From: Actinomycetota bacterium
GTDB lineage: Bacteria; Actinomycetota; Actinomycetes; Actinomycetales; Microbacteriaceae
NCBI GenBank assembly: GCA_041158725.1
Contig: JBEBAV010000001.1
Span: forward strand, 1-50,423
Direction of reading: 5' to 3'
Length of the DNA: 50,423 nt
Shown here: one piece after another, positions 11,677-20,634 of the stretch
Numbering within the stretch: position 1 is the first letter of the stretch
How the letters are laid out: every line of letters starts with the position of its first letter
Made by a program: the position numbers and the translations under genes
Notes under the pieces: model-generated
Database searches by the model: none
The model's input: only the letters and a program-made list of their open reading frames with translations
What the model was told of the DNA's origin: nothing

Positions 11677-12672
11677 ATGAGCTCCCCACGCATTCTGCGT
11701 CCCACACTTTTCCTTGTCTCTGTGCTTGTCCTAATGGCCATACCCACGGCACTCGTGAGCGTGATCGGTTGGACTTCAGCTGCGCTGATTACGAGCTTGT
11801 GTGCAATCAGCGCCATTTTTAACGTCATGGGCTTCGGATGGCGTGGGCTTGTATGGAGCTCCAGTACAACTGCTCTTGCTGTCTTGTTTGCTGTCGTTTC
11901 ATCTTCTAACCCGTGGGGTTCTGCATTACTGATGCTGGCAGTGGGGTTGTTTTATGGCTGGGGAAACAACCGCGGACTTTCTGCCGGAAACATGGTGTTA
12001 CCCATGATCGTGGCGGCGACGATTGGAAGCCCGCCCACCATCACACACATCGTTCTTGTGGACAGTGTGATCTCTGCGCTGATTGCTGCGGGGTCAATGC
12101 TTTTCGCAGGGGGAATTGCTCTTGCTTTCATGTCTCGCTCGATACATGCGCATGCTGAGATTCCTCAATACAGCAGAAAAGTCAACTCGGTTTATACGTT
12201 TAACCTCTCTGTGTTGTTTGCCACTACGGGATATCTCACCGCTCTACACCACGATCAAATTCAGGGAATGTGGTTAGCGCTGACCATCGTGCTGATAATT
12301 AGTCCCTACATTGACGCCTCCGTGAGGCGTGGATTCGAACGAGCCGGCGGAACGATTCTGGGTTTCCTCATTGCACTGGGAGTAGCAACTGCAATCCCTG
12401 CGACGGGTCTTTACTACGTCGTCGGATTGCTTTTTATTGAGTTGGCGGTGTTATCCAAGATCAATGCCACGAATTCATATTGGCTGTTTGTGATGTTCCT
12501 CACACCAGGTATCGTCCTCGTTTCCGGTGAGCCATCACAGGTTACCCAGTTTGCAGATTGGCGTCTGTTTGTGACGATGGTTGCGGTAACCGCATGCCTT
12601 TTGCTGTTAGGCGCGGAAAGACTTCTCTTCTACAAAGGGAGCCTCAATAAAGAACCGCAACAACAGCCATAG
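11677..12672 (+). CDS. FUSC-like / aromatic acid exporter family membrane protein
   Basis: Highly hydrophobic. GMWLALTIVLIISP...RRGFERAGGTILG...WRLFVT pattern typical of FUSC-like proteins. Confidence 0.75.
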   Translation: MSSPRILRPTLFLVSVLVLMAIPTALVSVIGWTSAALITSLCAISAIFNVMGFGWRGLVWSSSTTALAVLFAVVSSSNPWGSALLMLAVGLFYGWGNNRGLSAGNMVLPMIVAATIGSPPTITHIVLVDSVISALIAAGSMLFAGGIALAFMSRSIHAHAEIPQYSRKVNSVYTFNLSVLFATTGYLTALHHDQIQGMWLALTIVLIISPYIDASVRRGFERAGGTILGFLIALGVATAIPATGLYYVVGLLFIELAVLSKINATNSYWLFVMFLTPGIVLVSGEPSQVTQFADWRLFVTMVAVTACLLLLGAERLLFYKGSLNKEPQQQP

Positions 12673-12727
12673 CCGCAGTTCATAGTCACGGGCACGGAAA
12701 AGTACCGTGTGGGACTAGGGTTTCACC

Positions 12728-13126
12728 ATGAGCAAATCTCTCTTCGTGAACCTGCCCGTGGAAAACCTGAAGCGATCCGTTGATTTCTTTAGCCATCTTG
12801 GATTCACCTTCAATGCCCAGTTCACGGACGAACAGTCCACCTGCATGATTGTCAGCGACAACATCTTTGTCATGCTGCTCGAGCATGCAAAGTTCCAGGG
12901 GTTTATTGACAAGTCCATCGCCCCCCAGGACACCACCGAAGCCATCTTTGCTTTGTCCTGTGAGTCAGCAGAAGAAGTCCGAGCCCTCACAGAAAAGGCT
13001 TTTGAAAAAGGTGCACGTCGCCTCAACGATCCCGAAGACATAGGCTTCATGTTTAGCTGGGGTTTTGAGGACCTGGATGGTCACTTGTGGGACGTTTTCT
13101 GGATGAACCCCGACCACATCGAATAG
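12728..13126 (+). CDS. VOC/glyoxalase family protein
   Basis: LFVNLPVENLKRSVDFF...FEDLDGHLWDVFWM. Confidence 0.88.
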   Translation: MSKSLFVNLPVENLKRSVDFFSHLGFTFNAQFTDEQSTCMIVSDNIFVMLLEHAKFQGFIDKSIAPQDTTEAIFALSCESAEEVRALTEKAFEKGARRLNDPEDIGFMFSWGFEDLDGHLWDVFWMNPDHIE

Positions 13127-13164
13127 TTCAAAGCAATTTCGCACCAATTCACTCTTTCTAAGGA

Positions 13165-13644
13165 ATGCCCGTGGGAACACCCGTCGATTTCGTCACCGTC
13201 AGCACCGCAGGACTCGAGTCCTCTCCCCACGCTGAAGCCCTGGCCGGTCTTCGCGCCAATGAGGCTCGTTACTTCAAGAACAAATACGACCTCGTCTTTG
13301 AAACCACTCCAGCTAGAGATGCACCCGAACTAGTGGAGTACGTTGCCAAGGTTCTTGCTGAACGTGAGATCGTTCCCTCAAGCACCCCTCTTGAGGCCAC
13401 CGAGATGATGGTGGACACCGCGGATGGTCTCGTGCGCTGGACCTATGTGTTTTATGAAAGTGGCCTCGCTATCAACGTGCTTTACACCGTCAACGATGCC
13501 AAGAAGCGTGCTGTGGGCTTCAAGCTCTCGGACGGCATGGATGTCCCGCCTGAGCTCGACGGCAAGTTCAAGTTCGCCAGGATGAAGTCCAAGCTGGCGG
13601 GGGAAATCCGAGGCAGCTTCTTCGTGGTTAAGGGCGAGTACTAG
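13165..13644 (+). CDS. Hypothetical protein
   Basis: 159-aa ORF with host-like codon usage and an AAGGA RBS. The true start may be GTG at 13171. No function recognised. Confidence 0.7.
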   Translation: MPVGTPVDFVTVSTAGLESSPHAEALAGLRANEARYFKNKYDLVFETTPARDAPELVEYVAKVLAEREIVPSSTPLEATEMMVDTADGLVRWTYVFYESGLAINVLYTVNDAKKRAVGFKLSDGMDVPPELDGKFKFARMKSKLAGEIRGSFFVVKGEY

Positions 13645-13659
13645 AGAAAAGCACCTTCT

Positions 13660-14088
13660 TCACCAGGGCGAAGCGCGTTCTTCATCCCTTGTGGCATCGT
13701 GAGGGTAGTTGGTCAGTTCACTCGCGCCTGCACGAATGCAAATCCAGCGCAGTTCACCATTGCTTTCGGGGAGTGCTCGCCAGGTGCGCCAGACACCCTG
13801 GCCAACGCGGACCACAGAACCTGCGGTGACATCAACTATGTCGTCGTCCAGACCCATCTGGCCTGAGCCCTCCAAGAAGATATACAGCTCTTCAATGTCA
13901 GAGTGAGTGTGCCAATAGCCAGCTTCTTCGCCTGGTTCATAGGCGTTTGCCGTCATTCCGATGAACTGGTTGTTCATCTCGTGATCAACAACGCGACGAC
14001 CCTGGCGGGATGTCTGGGGCACGAAACCACCATAGAACTCACGCCACTTTTCAGGGGCACCGATGTTTCGAACTTCGTATCCGCTCAT
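13660..14088 (-). CDS. Cupin-domain protein
   Basis: Cupin motif 1 YWHTHSDIEELYIFLEGSG and motif 2 GSVVRVGQGVWR. Confidence 0.85.
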   Translation of the reverse strand: MSGYEVRNIGAPEKWREFYGGFVPQTSRQGRRVVDHEMNNQFIGMTANAYEPGEEAGYWHTHSDIEELYIFLEGSGQMGLDDDIVDVTAGSVVRVGQGVWRTWRALPESNGELRWICIRAGASELTNYPHDATRDEERASPW

Positions 14089-14126
14089 GTGCTCACGGTA
14101 GCAAGAGCACAGCAGAGTGGGAAGAG

Positions 14127-14570
14127 TTAGTCGGCAACAAGGAACAACATGTATTGCCCACCACCTGAGGTGATTTGGGTAGAAACCGCCAGGTCTGGTG
14201 CATAGCGAGAGAGACGATCAAGCAGCCACTCTGAAGCTTGCTCTGCATCTTCCTGGCTGGGGCAGCGCGCAATCACTTCGCGCCCACCCTTGCGTTCCAG
14301 GCGATCCACGGTTGCCACGATGGGTGAGGGGTCAACGACCAGCAGATCTGGTGACCATGCCACGACCGGGGCTTTCTTGCCCTTCATGGTGTTGCAGTCG
14401 CGGTGTGCGAGGCGCTCCACAGTGACCACGTTCTTCTTGGACTTCGCAACGGAGTAGCTGTCGACGCTGGGGCCCCGGTCTGAGTTCACCGAGGCATCGG
14501 GGTCAACAGGGGTGTCACACAACCAGCAGATCCAATTGTCGCGTTCGCCTACTTCGTTTAAATCGCTCAT
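14127..14570 (-). CDS. HNH-fold zinc-binding protein, apparently lacking the catalytic His
   Basis: ERDNWICWLC...PSVDS...LAHRDCNTMKG matches the HNH pattern RD..CxxC..xDH..HxxCNxxK, except that DH is DS. Confidence 0.7.
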   Translation of the reverse strand: MSDLNEVGERDNWICWLCDTPVDPDASVNSDRGPSVDSYSVAKSKKNVVTVERLAHRDCNTMKGKKAPVVAWSPDLLVVDPSPIVATVDRLERKGGREVIARCPSQEDAEQASEWLLDRLSRYAPDLAVSTQITSGGGQYMLFLVAD

Positions 14571-14659
14571 GCTTTCAGGCTACGCGAATACACAGCATAT
14601 TTGCGCTTGAGGGCTATAAACTCAAGCAATCCCTCCCGCACCACACAGACAGCACGACA

Positions 14660-15076
14660 ATGAGCGAATACCCCATCGATCACCTCGACGACGAAGAGTC
14701 GTGGGAGATCCTCCAGTCCAATCAAATTGGCCGCATTGCCAGTGCCCGTGAAGGTGCTCCAGACATCTATCCCGTGTCCTATGTGGTTCACAATTGGAAG
14801 ATCTACTTCCGCACTGGTGCTGAGTCTCGTCTGCGCAAAGAGACAGACGGTCGCGTCGTGGCGTTTGAAGCTGGCTGGCAATTGATGCGTCACTTCTCTA
14901 GCACGGTCGCTTTGGGGGTCGTCAGGACTTTGACCAGTGCCCAGGCCGCAGCTGTCTTGGATCAGCTCCCTATCGTGGATTTTGCTCCAGACCGCGACTA
15001 CGTGTGGATGGAGCTGGACCCCAGCGAAGTGCGCGGACGTCGCCTCAACGTTCTTGAGCCACAGCGCTCCGCATAG
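14660..15076 (+). CDS. Pyridoxamine 5'-phosphate oxidase-like (flavin-binding split barrel) protein
   Basis: ESWEILQSNQIGRIA...PDIYPVSY...IYFRTG...VAFE...EVRGRR. Confidence 0.82.
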   Translation: MSEYPIDHLDDEESWEILQSNQIGRIASAREGAPDIYPVSYVVHNWKIYFRTGAESRLRKETDGRVVAFEAGWQLMRHFSSTVALGVVRTLTSAQAAAVLDQLPIVDFAPDRDYVWMELDPSEVRGRRLNVLEPQRSA

Positions 15077-15084
15077 GGTTAACG

Positions 15085-15115
15085 AAAGAAAGGGTCCTAT
15101 CAGGACCCTTTCTTT
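15085..15115. terminator. Bidirectional terminator
   Basis: AAAGAAAGGGTCCT-ATC-AGGACCCTTTCTTT between convergent genes. Confidence 0.8.
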
Positions 15116-15124
15116 ATGTGAAAC

Positions 15125-15241
15125 CTAGTTACAGGTACAGCGGTCAGCCTGAGCTACGCCCTGAAGCGCTTCCTCAATGTGCTCTCCGCAACCGGTCCAG
15201 GTGGTCTTGCCGCATGAACCGCACTTGGCTGGACTACACAT
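15125..15241 (-). CDS. 38-aa Cys-rich microprotein, putative metal-binding (not in the ORF track)
   Basis: Translated by hand as MCSPAKCGSCGKTTWTGCGEHIEEALQGVAQADRCTCN*. GGAGGT RBS at 15246-15251 and a terminator right after the stop. Confidence 0.85.
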   Translation of the reverse strand: MCSPAKCGSCGKTTWTGCGEHIEEALQGVAQADRCTCN

Positions 15242-15281
15242 GTTTACCTCCGTGTTTGCCTTGACCCGAAGGTCAATCTGT

Positions 15282-15297
15282 ATACCCCCTAGGGTAT
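15282..15297. promoter_or_regulatory. CsoR/RicR-type operator
   Basis: Palindrome ATACCC-CCTA-GGGTAT, about 40 nt upstream of the Cys-rich ORF. Matches the TACC(C/G tract)GGTA form of actinobacterial CsoR-family operators. Confidence 0.7.
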
Positions 15298-15431
15298 CTC
15301 ACAATTGAATGGATTGCGAGCTCCGGAGATGAGATTACTCCCTTTTGACTCGGGTCGTGCTCAGGATTTGTTAATCAGAGCTTTACATCCAGCTAGTGCC
15401 ATTGTTCGACTCCCGGGGTTAACCTAGATCT

Positions 15432-15884
15432 ATGGGGAACTACATACTCGAAGAACTCTCGGCCAAAACCATCGTGGCGGCCAACTCTCTTACGCTCAAG
15501 CCGGGTCAAGAGCAATTCGTTGCTCCCACCTCCTACGCTCTAGCTGAGTCATACTTCAACCCCAATACTGAATGGCCCCGGGTTGTTCTTGAGAACGACA
15601 CGGTGGTGGGTTTCATTCGAGGGCACTTTGATCCTGAAAGCGATCAGCCTGAGTTCACATCCTGCATCTGGCGGATCGTGGTTGCCGCAGACGCTCAGGG
15701 TAAAGGTATTGGTCGCTTTGCCATTGAGTCACTGGCTCAAGAAGCCAAGTCCCGTGGCTTCTCCAAGCTGACCGTGCTCTGGGAAGCAGGAGAAAAGGGT
15801 CCTGGTGACTTCTTCCACAAGATCGGTTTCACCGACATTGGAACCTCACGCTATGGCGAAATCATTGGAGAGCTCAGCCTCTAA
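15432..15884 (+). CDS. GNAT family N-acetyltransferase (possibly diamine/polyamine type)
   Basis: Acetyl-CoA motif AQGKGIG, LKPGQEQFVAP, FFHKIGF. Confidence 0.85.
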   Translation: MGNYILEELSAKTIVAANSLTLKPGQEQFVAPTSYALAESYFNPNTEWPRVVLENDTVVGFIRGHFDPESDQPEFTSCIWRIVVAADAQGKGIGRFAIESLAQEAKSRGFSKLTVLWEAGEKGPGDFFHKIGFTDIGTSRYGEIIGELSL

Positions 15885-15894
15885 GCACTGACAA

Positions 15895-15931
15895 AGAAGA
15901 AAGGGACCCAGTATCTGGGTCCCTTTCTTCT
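15895..15931. terminator. Bidirectional terminator
   Basis: AGAAGAAAGGGACCCAG-TAT-CTGGGTCCCTTTCTTCT, perfect 17-bp stem between convergent genes. Confidence 0.82.
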
Positions 15932-15945
15932 AGTGCAGGGGGTTC

Positions 15946-17142
15946 TTAGCGCAGACGAACAGACAAGCAGGTGACGCAGCCTTCGAGCTTTTCAAACTCG
16001 GAGATGTCCACCGTGATGACGCGGTAACCAAGCTCGCGGAACAACTCTGCCGACTTAGGGGCTGACGAAGACATCAGCACGGTGTCGGGAGCAAGAACCA
16101 CTACTGCAGTTCCGTGAGCTTCGGGCACAGGCAAGAAGCGGTCAAAAATACCTGCGTCATCCACCAGTGGTGGGTAACCAATGACGGTGCCATCGGGAAG
16201 TGCCGTCACTGCAGTCTTAAGGTGCAGTGCCTTCGTAACAGGGACAGCAACGACGGTGTAGCCCTGCTTGGCTGCAATCGCACGGAGCTGGCGAATACCT
16301 TCGCCGTTGGTGCGACCACCGCGGCCCACATAGATGGTCTTACCCACCTTGAGTACGTCACCACCATCGAGAGCGCCGGGGCTGACGATGCGATCAATTT
16401 CCACACCCAGGTCACGCAGGGTGGCCTCAGTTGCTTCAATCTCAGGCTTGCGACTGTCCGCACCAGGGTTGGAGATCACGGCAAGCTTGCCAATCATGAC
16501 CACGGTGTCTTCGATGAAGACGCTGTCAGCCAAGTCATCACGAGGCTCGACCTCAACGGTCATCCAGCCTGCAGCGTTCAATGCTGCAACGTAGCCATCC
16601 CACTGCTGGTCTGCTAACTCGAGGTCGACCTTCTTGCGCTTGATGTGGGTCACGAGACCATCAGCAAGGGTTGCGGCGGGTGCGCGAACCAGGGCGACCT
16701 TGGTGGGTGCTGCCACAGCTTTGCCGGTGATGGCTCGCCAGATAGCAGTTCCCGCAGTGACGGTGGCAATAGAACCGGCAACAACAAAGATGAGGTTCAC
16801 ACCCAGGAGCGACTGAAGGACACCTGCGAAAACGTCAGGAGTGAAGACTGCTCCCTGAACTGCAGCCTGGATAAACATGCCCAGGACGGCAGCAACTGAG
16901 GAAGCAACCAGACCCACAATCCAGGCGTATCGTCGCTTGGCCAGGAATCCCAGCACGCCAGCAATAAGCACAAGGAAGAAGAAAATGGTGCTGGCACCAA
17001 TAAAGAAGGAGCCGGCCTGCCAGAGGATGGCTTCTTCAAAGTTGTTTCCAATGAAGAAGGCCAGACCTGTAGCGTCCTGTGCGATGACCGCAATGGCGAG
17101 CGCGGCAACTGCGGCTGCGATGAGACGACGGGAAGTAAACAT
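15946..17142 (-). CDS. ddaH: Dimethylargininase (DDAH) fused to an N-terminal membrane domain
   Basis: DSVFIED, LDGGD, LHLKT and EKLEGCVTCLS amidinotransferase-fold motifs. The first ~140 aa form about 4 hydrophobic helices. Confidence 0.85.
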   Translation of the reverse strand: MFTSRRLIAAAVAALAIAVIAQDATGLAFFIGNNFEEAILWQAGSFFIGASTIFFFLVLIAGVLGFLAKRRYAWIVGLVASSVAAVLGMFIQAAVQGAVFTPDVFAGVLQSLLGVNLIFVVAGSIATVTAGTAIWRAITGKAVAAPTKVALVRAPAATLADGLVTHIKRKKVDLELADQQWDGYVAALNAAGWMTVEVEPRDDLADSVFIEDTVVMIGKLAVISNPGADSRKPEIEATEATLRDLGVEIDRIVSPGALDGGDVLKVGKTIYVGRGGRTNGEGIRQLRAIAAKQGYTVVAVPVTKALHLKTAVTALPDGTVIGYPPLVDDAGIFDRFLPVPEAHGTAVVVLAPDTVLMSSSAPKSAELFRELGYRVITVDISEFEKLEGCVTCLSVRLR

Positions 17143-17152
17143 TATTTATCCT

Positions 17153-18751
17153 TTAGTGGAAGAAGTGGCGTTCGCCGGTGAAATACATGGTGACTCCAGC
17201 TTTCTGGGCAGCGGCGATGACTTCTTCGTCGCGAACTGACCCACCGGGCTGAACAACTGCCTTGATACCGGCAGCGAGGAGAACTTCGAGACCGTCTGCG
17301 AAGGGGAAGAACGCATCGGAGGCAGCAACGGAGCCCGCAGCGCGGTCTCCCGCACGGTTCACAGCAAGGTGGCAAGAGTCAACGCGGTTAACCTGTCCCA
17401 TACCAACACCGACGGAGGCTCCATTGTGGGCAAGCAGGATGGCGTTGGACTTGACCGAACGGCATGCCTTCCACGCGAACTCAAGATCAACCAAGGTTTC
17501 TGCGTCTGCGGGTTCACCCGAGACGAGCTGCCAGCTGTTGATGAGGTCACCAACGGTGGCGCCGCCATCGAAGAGGTCTGCATCCTGAACCAGGAAGCCA
17601 CCAGAAATCTGTCGGATTTCCTGGTCTTCGCGACCAAAGTTTTCTGGAAGCTGGAGTAGACGCAGGTTCTTCTTGGTCTTGAGCAGAGTGAGAGCATCTG
17701 GCTCAAAGCCAGGTGCAACAAGCACCTCAGTGAAGACTTCAGAAACCTGTTCCGCCATCTTGAGGGTGACGGGGCGGTTAGCCGCAATCACGCCACCGAA
17801 TGCCGAGACAGGGTCGCACTCGTGTGCGAGGCGGTGAGCAGAAGCAATCTGATCCACGGCCTTGTCGCGGCCCACAGCAATACCGCAGGGATTCGCGTGC
17901 TTGATGATGGCAACCGCAGGGTTGATGAAGTCATAAGCCGCACGAACTGCAGCATCTGCGTCAACGAAGTTGTTGTAGGACATTTCCTTGCCGCCGAGCA
18001 GGGTTGACTGGGCAATGCCGTGGCCTCCCTGTTCGAGGTAGAGAGCTGCTTCCTGGTGCGAGTTCTCACCGTAACGAAGAATCGATGCTCGCCGTGCAGA
18101 GACAGAGTAAGTGTTGGGGAACTTCTGGTCACGAACGAACCAGGAAGATACTGCCGAGTCATATGCCGCAGTGTGCGCAAATGCTTCAGCTGCAAGAGAG
18201 CGACGCTGTTCCAGCGTGGTACCACCCTTGGCTACAGCTTCCATGACCTCGCCATAGCGCTCGGGAGAAACAACGATAGCCACGTTGGCGTGGTTTTTAG
18301 CCGATGCACGAACCATTGCAGGGCCACCGATATCGATCTGCTCGATGACGTCTGAGTCTGCAGCACCCGAAGCAACGGTTTCGCGGAAGGGGTAGAGGTT
18401 TACAACGACAAGATCGAAGGCCTTGATACCCAGCTCGTCGAGCTGGTCAGCGTGTGCCTGAAGTCGAAGGTCAGCCAAGATGCCGGCGTGCACGGAAGGG
18501 TGCAGGGTCTTCACGCGACCATCAAGCGACTCAGGGAAGCCAGTCACTTCACTGACGTCCTTGACGTCGTGACCTGCGTCGCGGATGGTTTGTGCGGTTG
18601 ACCCGGTTGAGACCAGCTCAACACCTGCAGCGCTCAGTGCACCAGCGAGGTCGAGCAGTCCGGTCTTATCGCTGACCGAAATCAGTGCACGACGGACGGG
18701 AACAACGTCGCGGTGGTTGTAGAGGCTGGGGTCGTGTGAAGGGCCGCTCAT
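17153..18751 (-). CDS. purH: Bifunctional AICAR formyltransferase/IMP cyclohydrolase
   Basis: [51 protein letters not shown]. Confidence 0.97.
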   Translation of the reverse strand: MSGPSHDPSLYNHRDVVPVRRALISVSDKTGLLDLAGALSAAGVELVSTGSTAQTIRDAGHDVKDVSEVTGFPESLDGRVKTLHPSVHAGILADLRLQAHADQLDELGIKAFDLVVVNLYPFRETVASGAADSDVIEQIDIGGPAMVRASAKNHANVAIVVSPERYGEVMEAVAKGGTTLEQRRSLAAEAFAHTAAYDSAVSSWFVRDQKFPNTYSVSARRASILRYGENSHQEAALYLEQGGHGIAQSTLLGGKEMSYNNFVDADAAVRAAYDFINPAVAIIKHANPCGIAVGRDKAVDQIASAHRLAHECDPVSAFGGVIAANRPVTLKMAEQVSEVFTEVLVAPGFEPDALTLLKTKKNLRLLQLPENFGREDQEIRQISGGFLVQDADLFDGGATVGDLINSWQLVSGEPADAETLVDLEFAWKACRSVKSNAILLAHNGASVGVGMGQVNRVDSCHLAVNRAGDRAAGSVAASDAFFPFADGLEVLLAAGIKAVVQPGGSVRDEEVIAAAQKAGVTMYFTGERHFFH

Positions 18752-19341
18752 GAGCGTGCTAACTCCTGAAGGTTGACGTGGGCGTGGGCGATATTGCGAA
18801 CGGTGTGAACGATCAGTTCACGCTCGACAATCTTGATGCGCTCGTGGAGAGAGTCTTCGGTGTCATCAGCATTGATGGCCACCTCCACTTGCTCAATCAC
18901 GGGGCCAGTGTCGACGCCCTCGTCGACAATGTGAACTGTGGCACCAGTAACCGTTGCCCCGTCTGCCAAGGCGTCACGCACTGCGTGGGCGCCGGGGTAG
19001 AGAGGCAACAGCGCGGGGTGCATGTTGATGAGGTTGGGTGAGAACGCCGCAACGACGTTCGCCGGAAGAATGCGCATGAATCCAGCACAGACCACGAGGT
19101 CAGGTGCATACTCTGCAATCTCGGCACTCAGGGCTTCACCCCAGCTCACACGGTTGGCATAGTCAGCTGGTGAGACCACGAATGTGGGAACACCGAACTC
19201 GCGCGCGTGAGCCAAGCCGGAAGCGTCGTTATCTGCTCCCACGGCCACAATCTGTGCGGGGAAAGTAGAGTCACTCGTTGCCTCTAACAGGGCACGAAGA
19301 TTAGTACCCGATCCAGAGATCAGGACGACGAGTTTCAGCAC
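18748..19341 (-). CDS. purN: Phosphoribosylglycinamide formyltransferase
   Basis: [33 protein letters not shown]. Confidence 0.97.
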   Translation of the reverse strand: MLKLVVLISGSGTNLRALLEATSDSTFPAQIVAVGADNDASGLAHAREFGVPTFVVSPADYANRVSWGEALSAEIAEYAPDLVVCAGFMRILPANVVAAFSPNLINMHPALLPLYPGAHAVRDALADGATVTGATVHIVDEGVDTGPVIEQVEVAINADDTEDSLHERIKIVERELIVHTVRNIAHAHVNLQELARS

Positions 19342-19350
19342 CCCTCAAGC

Positions 19351-20625
19351 CTACAGGCTAGAACTGGGGCTGTTTTCTGCAGTTTTGGGCTTTACCGGGG
19401 AAGAATCCCGAGAGCTCGAGCGCGACGCTGCATACATTCCCACAGCAGAGGCAATGAGGAATTCCACTGCGGCAACTCCTCCCGTGCGCACTGGTGCAGG
19501 CCCGACGTCAATGAGTCGTCCGGGGCCTGCGGCTCCCCCGCTTGCCCAGGCCATGAAACCAATCAATACACCGCCGACAATAGCTATGCCCAGAACAGCC
19601 AAGGCAATCCACCGCAGTGTGGCATAACTTCCCAGATTGCGAACAAGTGCAGGTCGAATAAAGAAAGCGGCTACAAAACCAGCTGCTATCGGAAGGAGGA
19701 TTCCCAAGAAACCAAATGCGAGATCCGCTGTCGGCATTGCACCCAAAATGGGCAGAGCGGGAACAAGACCTAAGTCCGTGCCCACGGGAGAGACCAGCGA
19801 ACCCGTTCCGATGGAGAAGCCAGTTCCAATGAACCAGGAAGCCACCCACATAACAAAGTTGGGCATAAACAACAGCTGCGCTGCGGTGAGGATCAGGCTT
19901 CCGCCAACACCACCCTGCAAGCCTTCATAGAGTCCAAGGATGGTCGAGAAGTTGGCGATAAGCAGAACAGAGAGAACAACAGCAGATACTCCCACCACGA
20001 TGGCAGCAGCAGCCACGCCTCCCCGGACAGATGCGGCCAACACGGCACGGACCTGACTGGGCAAACCAAAAGCCCAACCCACCAGCTTCTGTTGGACACG
20101 TTCTGCACGACCACCCGAGTGACCGATTTCACCGCGGGCACCAATAAACAAGCCAACGCCGAAGATGGCGGTCGGGAACGACAACGCCATCCACATCGTG
20201 GGCATTGCGTTGGCGTTGACAGCCGAAAACGCAATAAGCACAGTCAGTGCGCCAAAAGTGCTGATGGCGGCAACTGGTCCCACAAATCGGGCACCAGATT
20301 CAAGAGACTTCCGACCAAGTCGAACACCCAACAGGATGGTCAGCACAGAGAAAAACAAGGGAGCAATGGAGATCAGGAACGGCTTCTCAGCACCAGCCAG
20401 ACCCACAGCTGCTGCCAGTGTTGGGTCCAAGGTGATAGTGAGGTCGACTCCATGACCGACCAGCCAGATATCTGCCGAGGCTCGATAGAACACGTCCCAC
20501 CCCACGCCGGTGTCCAACTGGACCGCCCACATCAAGCTCAGCGGAACCAGCGAAATACCAATGCCGATACCTACTGCCAGGAGTGACTCCAGGGCAGCAA
20601 GCAGTGCAATGAGGGTGCGGTTCAC
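19351..20625 (-). CDS. Integral membrane protein (PerM/DUF6350-like)
   Basis: About 10 TM segments with WLVGHG, LPILGA and ASGGAAGPGRL. Lies between sucD and purN, as in other actinobacteria. Confidence 0.72.
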   Translation of the reverse strand: MNRTLIALLAALESLLAVGIGIGISLVPLSLMWAVQLDTGVGWDVFYRASADIWLVGHGVDLTITLDPTLAAAVGLAGAEKPFLISIAPLFFSVLTILLGVRLGRKSLESGARFVGPVAAISTFGALTVLIAFSAVNANAMPTMWMALSFPTAIFGVGLFIGARGEIGHSGGRAERVQQKLVGWAFGLPSQVRAVLAASVRGGVAAAAIVVGVSAVVLSVLLIANFSTILGLYEGLQGGVGGSLILTAAQLLFMPNFVMWVASWFIGTGFSIGTGSLVSPVGTDLGLVPALPILGAMPTADLAFGFLGILLPIAAGFVAAFFIRPALVRNLGSYATLRWIALAVLGIAIVGGVLIGFMAWASGGAAGPGRLIDVGPAPVRTGGVAAVEFLIASAVGMYAASRSSSRDSSPVKPKTAENSPSSSL

Positions 20626-20634
20626 CCCTTGATG

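Noticed and set aside
15085-15931. Similar hairpins (GAAAGGG...CCCTTTC) as a REP or MITE family
   Set aside because: There are only two copies with different cores, each between convergent genes, so they are ordinary bidirectional terminators.
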